A stretch of 64,000 bases of DNA from an uncultured Chloroflexia bacterium (GTDB lineage: Bacteria > Chloroflexota > Limnocylindria > Limnocylindrales > CSP1-4). A program made the translations under genes and the position numbers. The notes below the pieces were generated by a model. That model saw only the letters and a list, made by a program, of their open reading frames with translations. It had not been told where the DNA came from and did no database searches. This document shows, piece by piece, positions 1 through 9,420 of this stretch. How positions within the stretch are numbered: the first letter of the stretch is position 1; every line of letters starts with the position of its first letter. The stretch lies in assembly GCA_963766735.1 (NCBI GenBank), contig CAVYBU010000021.1, positions 32,001-96,000 of the forward strand, given 5' to 3'.

Positions 1-1558
1 GGAGCGGATGATCGCGGGTGCGTTCCGGGACGCGGAGCGCGCGGCCACAGATGCCCTGGAGATCGCGGCCGAGATCGGCGACGAAGCGGAGCCCGAGGCG
101 ATCCACGCGACGACGACGCTGGCGGTGGTTCGCGGCTGGGGGGACGATCCCGAGGCCGCCGTCCCGCTCCTGCGCGACGCCGCGCGGCGGGCACGGGCGC
201 TTGGCCTGGTGGAGGAGTGGTGGCGCGCCGGTGCCAACATGGCGGTCGTCCTGGAGTTGCTGGGCCGGCCGGCCGAGGCGATCGAGGAGGCGTTCCGGGG
301 CATGGCTGAAGCACGCGCCGACGATCTGGGCGCGGTCTACGGGAACCTGATGGGCGGCAATATCGCCGGGATCCTCGTGGACGTGGGGCGCTGGGCCGAG
401 GCGCGGGAGCTGAGCATGCGGGCGCTGGACTGGAGCCCCGCGGGGATCCCGTTCGTCAACGCGATCCTCAATCTCGTCATCGTGGAGATCGAATCGGAGG
501 CGGGCGAGGAGGCGGGGCGCCTGCTGGGCAGGATCCTCGTGGAGCTGGAGACCGGTGGCGACCTGCAGTTCGCCGTGCCGGCCTACCAGGCCACCGCGTC
601 CTACGCGATGTGGAGCGGCGACCTGGCAGATGCCCGACGTGCTGCGGAGCGCGGCTGGGCCAGGCTGCGCGGCTCGGAGGACTGGGTGCTGGTGGCACGG
701 ATGGCTGCCACGGCCCTGGAGGTGGAGTCGGTGATCGTCGCAGAGGCCCTCGAGAGGCGCCGGATCGGGGACGTCGCCGCGTCGCGGGAGCGCGCGAACC
801 GCATCCTTGCCGACGCCGAGGCCGCGGTTGCGCGGGGACGCGCGAAGGACGGCGGGGCAGCGGCACGCGAACCCGAGGCCAGCCTGGCAACGGCCGGTGC
901 CTTCCACGCCCGGCTCAGGGGCCGGGACGATCCGACGCGCTGGGCGGAGCTCGCGGCGCAGGTGCACGACCTTGGCGATCCATATCGTGAGGCGCGCGCC
1001 CGCTGGCACCAGGCGGAAGCGATCCTGGGCGGGGCAATCCCCGGACCCGGCGGCGCGCGGGATCGGACGGACGCCCGCGTGGTGCGCGCCGACGCGCGCG
1101 AGCCGCTCCTGGCCGCGGTGAGCCTCGCGATGGCCCTGCGTGCTCGGCCGCTGCTCCGCCGCCTGCGGGAGCTCGCCGGCCGGGCGTTGATCACGCTCCC
1201 GCCCGAGGTGGACGTGCTCCTGAACGAGCCCGCCCCTGCATCGTCCGGGCCGGCCGTGACGCCGAGGCCGGTGTCCGGCGCCACAGCCCCGGGGCCCGCC
1301 GCGATCGTCGCGCGCCCGGCCGGCGCGGGAGGCGACACCTTCGGCCTGTCGAAGCGCGAGCAGGAGGTCCTCGCGCTCATCGCGCAGGGTCGCACCAACC
1401 GTGAGATCGGTGATCGGCTGTTCATCAGCCAGAAGACCGTCGGCGTCCACGTCGGCAACATCCTGGCCAAGCTGGGTGTGTCCGGGCGGGTGGAGGCGGC
1501 GGCAGTGTCAATCCGGCTGGGTCTCGAGGACGGCGCAGGAGCCCCTCGCGGCCGGTGA
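1..1558 (+). CDS. Large LuxR-family (MalT/LAL-like) transcriptional regulator, 5'-truncated by the window edge
   Basis: Helical TPR-like region followed by C-terminal LuxR HTH GLSKREQEVLALIAQGRTNREIGDRLFISQKTVGVHVGNILAKL. Confidence 0.9.
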   Translation, partial: ERMIAGAFRDAERAATDALEIAAEIGDEAEPEAIHATTTLAVVRGWGDDPEAAVPLLRDAARRARALGLVEEWWRAGANMAVVLELLGRPAEAIEEAFRGMAEARADDLGAVYGNLMGGNIAGILVDVGRWAEARELSMRALDWSPAGIPFVNAILNLVIVEIESEAGEEAGRLLGRILVELETGGDLQFAVPAYQATASYAMWSGDLADARRAAERGWARLRGSEDWVLVARMAATALEVESVIVAEALERRRIGDVAASRERANRILADAEAAVARGRAKDGGAAAREPEASLATAGAFHARLRGRDDPTRWAELAAQVHDLGDPYREARARWHQAEAILGGAIPGPGGARDRTDARVVRADAREPLLAAVSLAMALRARPLLRRLRELAGRALITLPPEVDVLLNEPAPASSGPAVTPRPVSGATAPGPAAIVARPAGAGGDTFGLSKREQEVLALIAQGRTNREIGDRLFISQKTVGVHVGNILAKLGVSGRVEAAAVSIRLGLEDGAGAPRGR

Positions 1559-1597
1559 CGCGGCCCGTTTCGGCCCTGACGCGGCCCGTTTCGGCCC
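1556..1597. repeat. Perfect 21-bp tandem duplication starting at the stop codon
   Basis: tgacgcggcccgtttcggccc x2 (1556-1576, 1577-1597). Confidence 0.95.
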
Positions 1598-1676
1598 AGG
1601 ATGGGCCATCGGCGGCGCATCCGCCCGGCATTCGGTAGATTCGCCGGGTTCCACGCTGCCCGCACCCGAGGTCTCC

Positions 1677-2165
1677 ATGCGTCGCCCGCTGCTCGCCATC
1701 GCCCTGCTCGCCATCGCCCTGACCGCCGGCGCCTGTGCCGCGTCCGAGGCGCCCGGCTGGACCTACGCGCCGCCCACCGAGGCCCCCGCCGTCACGCCCG
1801 CGCCCTCCGGCGACGGTTCGGTTGCCCCGAGCAGCGGCCCATCGGAGCCCACCGCGGTGCCCGGTGGCGAGACGGCGCCTGCGGGCGATGCAATCGCGAT
1901 CTCGGCGTTGGGCATCGCCTTCGAGCAGAGCGAGGTCAGCGCACCCGCGGACACGCCATTCGTCATCCGGTTCGACAACAAGGACGCAGGGATCCCGCAC
2001 AACGTCGAGATCAAGGACCCGATGGGCATGTCGGTCTTCAAGGGCGAGATCTTCAACGGGCCTGCCCAGATGGACTACCAGGTGCAGGCGCTGGCGGCGG
2101 GAACCTACCCGTTCATCTGCACCGTGCACCCCAACATGGTCGGCACCCTCAAGGTCGGCGGCTGA
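1677..2165 (+). CDS. Cupredoxin (blue copper) domain lipoprotein
   Basis: Signal peptide with lipobox-like TAGAC, Pro/Ala linker, type-1 Cu ligands PHNV...CTVHPNM. Confidence 0.85.
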   Translation: MRRPLLAIALLAIALTAGACAASEAPGWTYAPPTEAPAVTPAPSGDGSVAPSSGPSEPTAVPGGETAPAGDAIAISALGIAFEQSEVSAPADTPFVIRFDNKDAGIPHNVEIKDPMGMSVFKGEIFNGPAQMDYQVQALAAGTYPFICTVHPNMVGTLKVGG

Positions 2166-2190
2166 CCCGCGTGATCCCGGTGGCCGCGCG

Positions 2191-2943
2191 ATGACGCCAC
2201 GCGTCGACGAGGTCTGCTACCGGGACGCGTACGCGCGCTCTCTCGGGGCGCGGGTGCTGGACGTGTCCGTGGTGGACGGGCCGCCCCTCGTCGTGCTCGA
2301 CACGACGCTGTTCTACCCGGGCGGCGGCGGTCAGCCGTCGGACCGCGGGGCGATCCTGCGGGCGGCGGACGGGCGGACGTGGACCGTGCGGGCGGCCCGC
2401 CGAGTGGGCGGTGAGATCGTCCACGAGCTGGAGGCCCCGGAGGACGGCGAGCTGCCACGCCCGGGCGATGCGGTGGAGGTGGACCTGGAGTGGGCGCGCC
2501 GGTACGCACTGATGCGCACCCACACGGCGCTCCACGCCCTGTGCGGCGTCGTGTGGCGGGACTACGGCGCCCTGGTCACCGGCGGCAACATGGAGCCCGG
2601 GACCGGGCGCATGGACTTCGAGTTCGAGACGATGTCGGGCGACCTGGTGGGCGAGATCGAGGCGAAGGTCAACGCGGAGCTGGCGTCCCAGCGTGACGTG
2701 CGGGTCAATGTCCTGCCGCGCGAGGAGGCGTTCGCCATCCCGGATCTCATTCGCACCAAGGTCAACCTGCTGCCCGAGGGGATCGAGCAGATCCGGACCA
2801 TCGAGATCGTGGGCCTGGACCTCCAGGCGGACGGCGGCACGCACGTCGCGAACACCCGTGAGGTCGGGCAGATCCGCGTCCAGGGCTACGAGTCGAAGGG
2901 CCGGATCAACAAGCGCATCCGCATCGCGGTGGTGGGCGAATAG
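2191..2943 (+). CDS. alaX: Alanyl-tRNA editing protein AlaX (AlaX-M type)
   Basis: FYPGGGGQPSDRG, MRTHTALH (HxxxH), ADGGTHV. Confidence 0.92.
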   Translation: MTPRVDEVCYRDAYARSLGARVLDVSVVDGPPLVVLDTTLFYPGGGGQPSDRGAILRAADGRTWTVRAARRVGGEIVHELEAPEDGELPRPGDAVEVDLEWARRYALMRTHTALHALCGVVWRDYGALVTGGNMEPGTGRMDFEFETMSGDLVGEIEAKVNAELASQRDVRVNVLPREEAFAIPDLIRTKVNLLPEGIEQIRTIEIVGLDLQADGGTHVANTREVGQIRVQGYESKGRINKRIRIAVVGE

Positions 2944-2945
2944 TC

Positions 2946-2963
2946 GTCAACCTCGCGGTTGAC
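2946..2963. terminator. Inverted repeat right after the alaX stop (terminator or operator)
   Basis: gtcaacc-tcgc-ggttgac; no strong U-tract. Confidence 0.35.
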
Positions 2964-2989
2964 CTACTCCTTTGCCACAGCGAGACGGT

Positions 2990-3036
2990 GGCCTTGTGTC
3001 CAGCGTGCCGATGACCAGGATGGTCGGTGGTGTCAT
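2990..3036 (-). pseudogene. N-terminal remnant of a Tm-1-like/UPF0261 ATP-binding protein
   Basis: GGGAGG RBS then MTPPTILVIGTLDT, resembling the UPF0261 N-terminus (GTLDTKG); similarity stops there. Confidence 0.55.
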
Positions 3037-3147
3037 CGATGCCTCCCGGGACGCGGTCTGCCCAGTGGGACCCCGGCGACGCTCGACAAGGCGGGCCAGA
3101 CACGGGATGCTGGAGGCCGCACCAGCGTCATCAGCCAGAGGAGGCCC

Positions 3148-4596
3148 ATGCGTCCCGCTCCCACCCAGACGACCCCGCCGCTCGGCACCGCCGCCGACCC
3201 CGCCGCGCTCCTCGCCCGGACCGCGGAGCTCGCGGCTTCGTTTCTTGACACGGTGGGCGAGCGGCCCGTCCGTGCCACGGCCACGCGCTCCGAGCTCCTC
3301 GCCGCACTCGGTGGGCCGCTCCCGGCCGAAGGAGACGCGCCCCTCGCCGTGGTCGAGCGCCTGGCCCGCGACGCCGAGCCTGGTGTCATCGGGATCGCCG
3401 GGCCGCGGTACTTCGGGTTCGTGATCGGCGGATCGCTGCCGGCCGCGCTCGCTGCGGACTGGCTGACCAGCACCTGGGACCAGAACGCCGGGATCTACGC
3501 GACCGGGCCGTCGGCATCGGTGGCGGAGGAGGTCGTGGGCTCCTGGCTGCTCGACCTGCTCGGCCTGCCGTCCGGGACCTCGTTCGGGCTCACGACCGGC
3601 TGCCAGATGGCGCACGTGACCTGTCTGGCTGCCGCTCGCCATCGAGTGCTGGCGAATCGCGGCTGGGACGTGGAGGCGGACGGGCTCGCTGGCTCGCCCG
3701 CGATCGATGTCGTTGTGGGAGCGGAGGTGCACGCCACCATCCCGACGGCGCTCCAGTACCTGGGGCTCGGCCGTGACCGCGCGACGCAGGTGGCGACCGA
3801 CGAGCAGGGACGGATGCGGCTCGACTCCCTCGGGGCGGCACTGCCCGACGGCGACCGCCCGCTCATCGTGTGCCTCCAGGCCGGCAACGTGAACACGGGC
3901 GCGTTCGACCCGCTCGGCCCGGCCATCGAGCTCGTGCGTGCCCGACGCCCGGACGCCTGGATCCATGTCGACGGCGCGTTCGGCCTGTGGGCGGCGGCGG
4001 CTCCGGGCCTCAGCCACCTCGTGGACGGCGTCGAGGGCGCCGACTCGTGGGCCACCGACGGCCACAAGTGGCTCAACGTCCCGTACGACTGCGGCTTCGC
4101 CTTCGTCCGTGATGCCGAGGCACACGCGGCCGCGCTGTCGCCGCAGAGTGGCGCGTACATCGTGTACGGCGACAAGGAGCGCGACGAGTTCCGCTGGGTT
4201 CCGGAGTACTCGCGGCGGGCCCGCGGCTTTGCCTCCTGGGCCGCGCTGCGCTCGCTCGGAAGGGATGGCGTCGCGGCGCTGATCGCCGGGCACCAGGCGC
4301 TGGCGGCCCGGATGGCAGACGGGCTCCGCGCGGCAGCGGGCGACGCCGGCCTCGAGGTTCTCAACGACGTGGTCCTCAACCAGGTGCTGGTGCGGTTCAC
4401 GGAGCGCGACGGCCTCAGCGCGGACGATCGCACCCGCGAGGTCATCGGGCGGGTCCAGGAGGACGGCACCTGCTGGCTGTCGGGGACCACCTGGCACGGA
4501 ATGGCCGCGATGCGGGTCTCGGTCAGCAACTGGTCCACGACCGAGGCCGACATCGATCGGTCGCTCGAGGCGATCCTGCGGGCGGCGATCGGCTAG
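3148..4596 (+). CDS. Group II PLP-dependent amino-acid decarboxylase
   Basis: GAGGAGG RBS; PRYFGFV, WIHVDGAFG, DGHKWLNVPYDCG (PLP lysine). Confidence 0.92.
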   Translation: MRPAPTQTTPPLGTAADPAALLARTAELAASFLDTVGERPVRATATRSELLAALGGPLPAEGDAPLAVVERLARDAEPGVIGIAGPRYFGFVIGGSLPAALAADWLTSTWDQNAGIYATGPSASVAEEVVGSWLLDLLGLPSGTSFGLTTGCQMAHVTCLAAARHRVLANRGWDVEADGLAGSPAIDVVVGAEVHATIPTALQYLGLGRDRATQVATDEQGRMRLDSLGAALPDGDRPLIVCLQAGNVNTGAFDPLGPAIELVRARRPDAWIHVDGAFGLWAAAAPGLSHLVDGVEGADSWATDGHKWLNVPYDCGFAFVRDAEAHAAALSPQSGAYIVYGDKERDEFRWVPEYSRRARGFASWAALRSLGRDGVAALIAGHQALAARMADGLRAAAGDAGLEVLNDVVLNQVLVRFTERDGLSADDRTREVIGRVQEDGTCWLSGTTWHGMAAMRVSVSNWSTTEADIDRSLEAILRAAIG

Positions 4597-4628
4597 GCGG
4601 CGGGGCGCCGGTTCGAGCTCCGCGCGGC

Positions 4629-4808
4629 CTGCTGCCGCCTGGGATCGAGCAGATCCGGACCATCGAGATCGTGGGCCTGGACCTCCAGGCGGACGGCGGC
4701 ACGCACGTCGCGAACACCCGTGAGGTGGGCGGCATCCGCGTCACCGGCTACGAGTCCAAGGGCCGCATCAACAAGCGGATCCGGCTGGCGCTCACAGACC
4801 CGACCTGA
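4629..4808 (+). pseudogene. Second, 5'-truncated copy of the alaX 3' end
   Basis: LLPPGIEQIRTIEIVGLDLQADGGTHVANTREVGGIRVTGYESKGRINKRIRLALTDPT*; 4641-4726 is identical to 2779-2864 (86 bp). Confidence 0.95.
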
Positions 4809-4839
4809 CGACGGCGCCCGGGCCCGGCATCATGGCCCC

Positions 4840-6603
4840 ATGCCGACCTTGGACGCCGCCCTCAACTCCCTCGACGCCCGGTTCACCAGCCTCCGGGACG
4901 AGGCACGCGTCCCCGGCGTCGCCTGGGGCGTGGTTCGGGACGGCGAGCTGATCCACTCGAGCGGCGCGGGCTCGATCCGCCACGGCGAGGAGCGGCGCCC
5001 GGACGCGGGGTCCGTGTTCCGCATCGCGTCGATGACCAAGTCCTTCACGGCATCCACGGTGCTGCTTCTGCGGGACGAAGGGCGCCTGCGCCTGGACGAG
5101 CCCGTTTCGACGTACGTCCCGGAGCTGGCCGGCTGGCGACTCCCCACGGCCGACAGCGCCCCGGTGACGGTCCGCCAGCTGCTGACGATGTCGGCCGGGC
5201 TCGCGACGGACGATCCGTGGGGCGATCGCCAGCAGGGGCTGCCCCTGGACCGTTTCGCGGAGCTGCTCGCGTCGGGACCGTCCTTCGCGTGGCCGCCGGG
5301 GACCGTCTTCGACTACTCCAACCTGGGCTACGGCATCCTCGGCCGGGTCATCACGAACGTCGCCGGGGCCGAGTACCGGGAGGTCGTCCGGGACCGGATC
5401 CTGGCGCCGCTGGGGATGAACGCGACCGGGTACCTGGCGGAGGACGTCCCCGAGGAGCGCCTGGTGCACGGCTACGTCCGGCGCGGGGAGATCCTGGTGC
5501 GCGAGGGCACGGATGGCTACGGCGCACTGGCCGCCATGGGTGGCGTGTACTCGTGCGTGGAGGATCTCGCTCGGTGGGTGGCCGGGTTCATGGACGCATT
5601 CCCCGCGCGCGATGACCCGGAGGACGGCCACCCGCTCCGCCGCGCCACGCGTCGCGAGATGCAACAGGTCCAGCGCGCGTTCGGCCATGAGGTCCCTGCC
5701 CACGCCCCCGACGCCGAGCCGGCAATCGAATCAGGTGGGTATGGGTTCGGGCTGTTCGTCCTCCAGGACCTGGATCTGGGGACCACCGTGAGCCACGCCG
5801 GCGGGTACCCGGGCTTCGGCTCTCACATGGCCTGGCACCCGGGAACCGGGCTCGGGGTCATCGGCCTGGGGAACGTCAGGTATGCGCCGGTCCGGCCGGT
5901 CGTGGCCGAGATGCTCGCGATGCTCGTCCGTGCGGACGTGGCGCCGCGGCGGCGCGTGGTCCCGGCGCCGGCGGTGGAGGCGTTCCGGCCACTGGTCGAA
6001 GGGCTGCTTCGGGACTGGAATGACGGCGTGGCGGACGCGACGTTCGCCATGAACATGGACCTCGACGAGCCGCGGGACGTGCGGCGGTCAGCGGCGGAGA
6101 AGATCGCCGATGAGCTGGGTCCGTTCCACCAGGACTCAGCCCGACCGGACCACTCAGACTCCCCCGCGGACCTCACGTGGTGGCTGCGCGGCGAGCGTGG
6201 CTGGCTCCGCCTCTCGATCCTCGTGACGCCCGAGCGGGAGCCACGCCTCCAGCAGCTGGCGCTCCGAGCGGTGGGGGACCCGTCGCCGGTTCTCCGGGAC
6301 GCGGCGGAGCGGCTCCTGGCATGTGCCGCAGAGCCGACCCCGGCCTGGCCCGTGGACCTGCCGGTGGGCGGGAAGGTGGACGCAGGTGCGGTGCTGCGTT
6401 CCCTGCGTGCCGGCGGTGCGCGATTCGGGGCGATGCGACTGGGCCTCCCGATCGAGGGGGATGGACGGGTATCGTCCACATATGAGATCGGGAGCGAGCG
6501 GGGACCCCTCGAGCTCAAGGTGGCGGTCGACCCCGTGACTGGCGCGCTCATCTCGGCGACGCTGCTGGTCCGGACCCGGCAGGTGCCGGCCGAGGGCTGG
6601 TAG
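4840..6603 (+). CDS. Serine hydrolase, beta-lactamase class C/AmpH-like family, with C-terminal extension
   Basis: FRIASMTKS (SxxK), YSN, HAGG motifs. Confidence 0.88.
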   Translation: MPTLDAALNSLDARFTSLRDEARVPGVAWGVVRDGELIHSSGAGSIRHGEERRPDAGSVFRIASMTKSFTASTVLLLRDEGRLRLDEPVSTYVPELAGWRLPTADSAPVTVRQLLTMSAGLATDDPWGDRQQGLPLDRFAELLASGPSFAWPPGTVFDYSNLGYGILGRVITNVAGAEYREVVRDRILAPLGMNATGYLAEDVPEERLVHGYVRRGEILVREGTDGYGALAAMGGVYSCVEDLARWVAGFMDAFPARDDPEDGHPLRRATRREMQQVQRAFGHEVPAHAPDAEPAIESGGYGFGLFVLQDLDLGTTVSHAGGYPGFGSHMAWHPGTGLGVIGLGNVRYAPVRPVVAEMLAMLVRADVAPRRRVVPAPAVEAFRPLVEGLLRDWNDGVADATFAMNMDLDEPRDVRRSAAEKIADELGPFHQDSARPDHSDSPADLTWWLRGERGWLRLSILVTPEREPRLQQLALRAVGDPSPVLRDAAERLLACAAEPTPAWPVDLPVGGKVDAGAVLRSLRAGGARFGAMRLGLPIEGDGRVSSTYEIGSERGPLELKVAVDPVTGALISATLLVRTRQVPAEGW

Positions 6604-6613
6604 TCCCGCGGGC

Positions 6614-7261
6614 TCAGCGCCAGAGGTCGGGTGCGGCCACGGTCGCGCCGATGCCCGTGGCCAGGCGTTCCAGCACCCCGAACCAGTCGAAGCGGCTGGT
6701 AATTGCCGAGGCCCGGAGGGTGACGAGGCGACCCTCCGGGACCAGATCCGGCAGGACCCGGTCGAGGATTGCCTCGATCTCGTCGCGGAACGCGTCGCTG
6801 GTGGAGCGCACGCCGTCTGCCTGGAGCGCGACATCCGGCAGCAGGCGCACGACCAGGTCGTAGGTCAGCGACCAGCGGCGGATCAGGGGCTCCGCGTCGA
6901 AGGCGTCCGTCCCGCCGCAGGCCCGCAGGTAGTAGGCGTAGTTGTCCATGACGCCGCGGTCCGTCGCGAGGACGTCCGCCTTGGGGGCCAGCTCCAGCTC
7001 CTGGCGGATCTGCGAGACCAGGACCCACAGCTGCGCCTCTCCGGTGGCGCCCTCGTTGATGCCCAGCGGGTTGTCGCGCACGACCTCGCGGCCCAGCTCC
7101 ACGGACCGGCCGGCCCGCTGGACCTCGGCCGCGAACGCCAGCAGCGCCGATGTCTTGCGGATCCCGTGCGACCCGATGAAGGCGACCTTGGCCGGGCGCG
7201 GCCAGGCGGCGGCTTTCGCGGCTTCGGCGGTCGCGGCGGTTCGGCGGGGCTTGCGGGGCAT
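6614..7261 (-). CDS. P-loop protein, NadR/Ttd14 AAA_28 or nucleotide-kinase-like
   Basis: KVAFIGSHGIRKTS Walker A-like, TDRGVMDNYAY, ADGVRS. Confidence 0.75.
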   Translation of the reverse strand: MPRKPRRTAATAEAAKAAAWPRPAKVAFIGSHGIRKTSALLAFAAEVQRAGRSVELGREVVRDNPLGINEGATGEAQLWVLVSQIRQELELAPKADVLATDRGVMDNYAYYLRACGGTDAFDAEPLIRRWSLTYDLVVRLLPDVALQADGVRSTSDAFRDEIEAILDRVLPDLVPEGRLVTLRASAITSRFDWFGVLERLATGIGATVAAPDLWR

Positions 7262-7283
7262 GGCCCAAGGGTAGGTCCCGCGG

Positions 7284-7684
7284 CCCGCTCGCGCGTCGCG
7301 TCCAGGTGAAGGCTCCCCGACCCCCGGGGGTTCTGCCACGTTCCAGCGCCGCTGGTGCAGGCGGACAACGGAGGCCGGATTCCCTGCCACCTACCAGGTC
7401 TGGTTGGTGTTGGTCCGTGTTGAGGCGGCGATCCGACCGGGACCGGGCTGCTGCCGCCGTCCCCGTGCTCACGTCGGGATCGCGGGGAGTGTGCGCCCCC
7501 CGGAGCTGTCCGAACCTTGCCGACCACCAGCTCCGCTGGTATCTGACAGGAGCGGCAGCAGCCGGGCCCCCGAAAACGGGTGCCGGGTCGGGCACGCGCC
7601 CCGGGCGTCGCCCCTGGACCTGTCCGAAGTCGAACGCACCTGGCGTCACCGTCGGTGCCGCTCCATGTGCGCGTGAGCGGCGGG
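7284..7684 (+). ncRNA. Candidate structured non-coding RNA (unassigned)
   Basis: About 425-bp intergenic gap with nested helices, including a perfect 12-bp pair 7447-7458/7552-7563; G-U pairs favour the + strand. Confidence 0.35.
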
Positions 7685-7686
7685 TC

Positions 7687-9109
7687 CTACAGCGCCTTGA
7701 CCGCGCTGATCAGCTCCGACAGGCCGGCCTTCGCGTCGGCGAACAGCATTCCCGTCTTGGGGTTCGTGTACAGCTCGTTGTCGATGCCCGGCGTAGCCGC
7801 GACCCATCGAGCGCTTCATCACGATGATGTTCTTCGCATGGTCTACGTCCAGGATCGGCATGCCCGACACCGGCGAGCCCGGGCGGCGCGCCGCCGGGTT
7901 CGTCACGTCGTTCGCGCCGATGACCAGCGCCACGTCGCAGCGGTCGAACTCGGGGTTGATGTCCTCCATCTCCTTGAGCTGGGGATAGGGGACGTTGGCC
8001 TCCGCCAGGAGCACGTTCATGTGGCCCGGCATGCGGCCGGCCACCGGGTGGATCGCGTACTTCACGTCCACGCCGCGACTCTCGAGGATCTCGGCCAGCT
8101 CGCGGACGCCATGCTGGGCCTGCGCGACCGCCAGGCCGTAGCCCGGCACCACGATGACCGAGGAGGCGTACGCCAGCTGGATCGCGGCGTCGTCCATGGA
8201 GACCTCGCGGACCGAGCCGCCGCCGGCCACCGCTGCCCCGACCGCGCCCTCACCGCCGCCGAACCCGCCGAGCATGATGTTCAGGACGGACCGGTTCATC
8301 GCATCGGCCATGAGCTTGGTGAGGATCGCGCCGGATGCGCCCACGAGGGCCCCGGCGATGATCAGGAGCGGGTTGTTCAGGACGAAGCCGGCCATCGCGA
8401 CCGCCGTGCCCGTGAACGAGTTGAGCAGGCTGATGACGACGGGCATGTCGGCGCCGCCGATGGGCAGCGTCATCGTGATCCCGAAGACCAGGGAGGCTGC
8501 CAGGATCGCCCCCATCACCGCCAGGCTGTAGTTGCCGGACCACAGGTAGAGGGAGCCTGCGACCACGATCAGCGCGAGCGCCGCCGTCACGAGCCGGCCG
8601 CCCGGGATCATCACGGGTCGCGACGGGGTGATCCGGAGGCCCATCAGCTTCCCGGACGCGATGAGCGAGCCGGTGAAGGTGACGGAGCCGATCACGATGT
8701 CCAGCACCGTGGCGACGTTGTCCTGGAGGCCCGGGGCGCCCGCATGACCCAGGTACTCGTCGATGGCGATGAGGGCCGCCGCGCCGCCGCCCACCGCGTT
8801 GAACAGCGACACCAGCTGGGGCATCGCCGTCATCTTCACGGTGCGGGCCGAGTAGAGGCCGTACCCGCCGCCGACGGCAATACCGACGAGGATGATGACC
8901 CAGCCGATGGGGTTGAACGACCCCGTTGGGGGCAGCAGCAGCAGCCAGGCCGCCGTGGCCCCGATGGCCAGCGTCATGCCACCCGCGGAGATCAGGTTGC
9001 CCTGGCGCGCGGTGGCGGGGGAGTTCATGCGGCTGAGGCCGATCACGAACGCCACCGCACTGGCGAGCCAGATGAGGCGGACGATGGGATCGACGACGTC
9101 CGCGTTCAC
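7687..9109 (-). CDS. pntB: NAD(P) transhydrogenase beta subunit (one extra base near 7788, likely sequencing error)
   Basis: MTAMPQLVSLFNAVGG, VPGYGLAVAQAQH, HPVAGRMPGHMNVLLAEA; shifted frame continues IDNELYTNPKTGMLFADAK. Confidence 0.95.
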
Positions 9110-9420
9110 GGCTGCCCGTCCGCTTTCTCGGCCTTGGGCGCCGCCGGCTTGCGCCGGAACATCTGGAGCATCCGGTCGGTGACGACGTAGCCACCAACGA
9201 CGTTGAGCGATGCGAACGCGACAGCCAGGAATGACAGGATGTACGCGACGGGGTCGTTGGCCGTGACCGCGATGATCATGGCGCCCACGAGCACGATCCC
9301 GTGGATCGAGTTGGCGCCCGACATCAGGGGCGTGTGGAGTGTCGCCGGGACCTTCGAGATGACCGCGACCCCGCACAGGATCGCGAGCACGAAGATCGTG
9401 AACGCGAGGTCGATGTTCAT
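9106..9420 (-). CDS. pntA: NAD(P) transhydrogenase alpha subunit part 2 (membrane)
   Basis: KVPATLHTPLMSGANSIHG, NVVGGYVVTDRMLQMF. Confidence 0.95.
   Translation of the reverse strand: MNIDLAFTIFVLAILCGVAVISKVPATLHTPLMSGANSIHGIVLVGAMIIAVTANDPVAYILSFLAVAFASLNVVGGYVVTDRMLQMFRRKPAAPKAEKADGQP

Noticed and set aside
7370-7392. AGGGAATCCGG on the minus strand as a cobalamin riboswitch
   Set aside because: The downstream conserved elements (GCCCCCGCAACTGT, B12 box) were not found.
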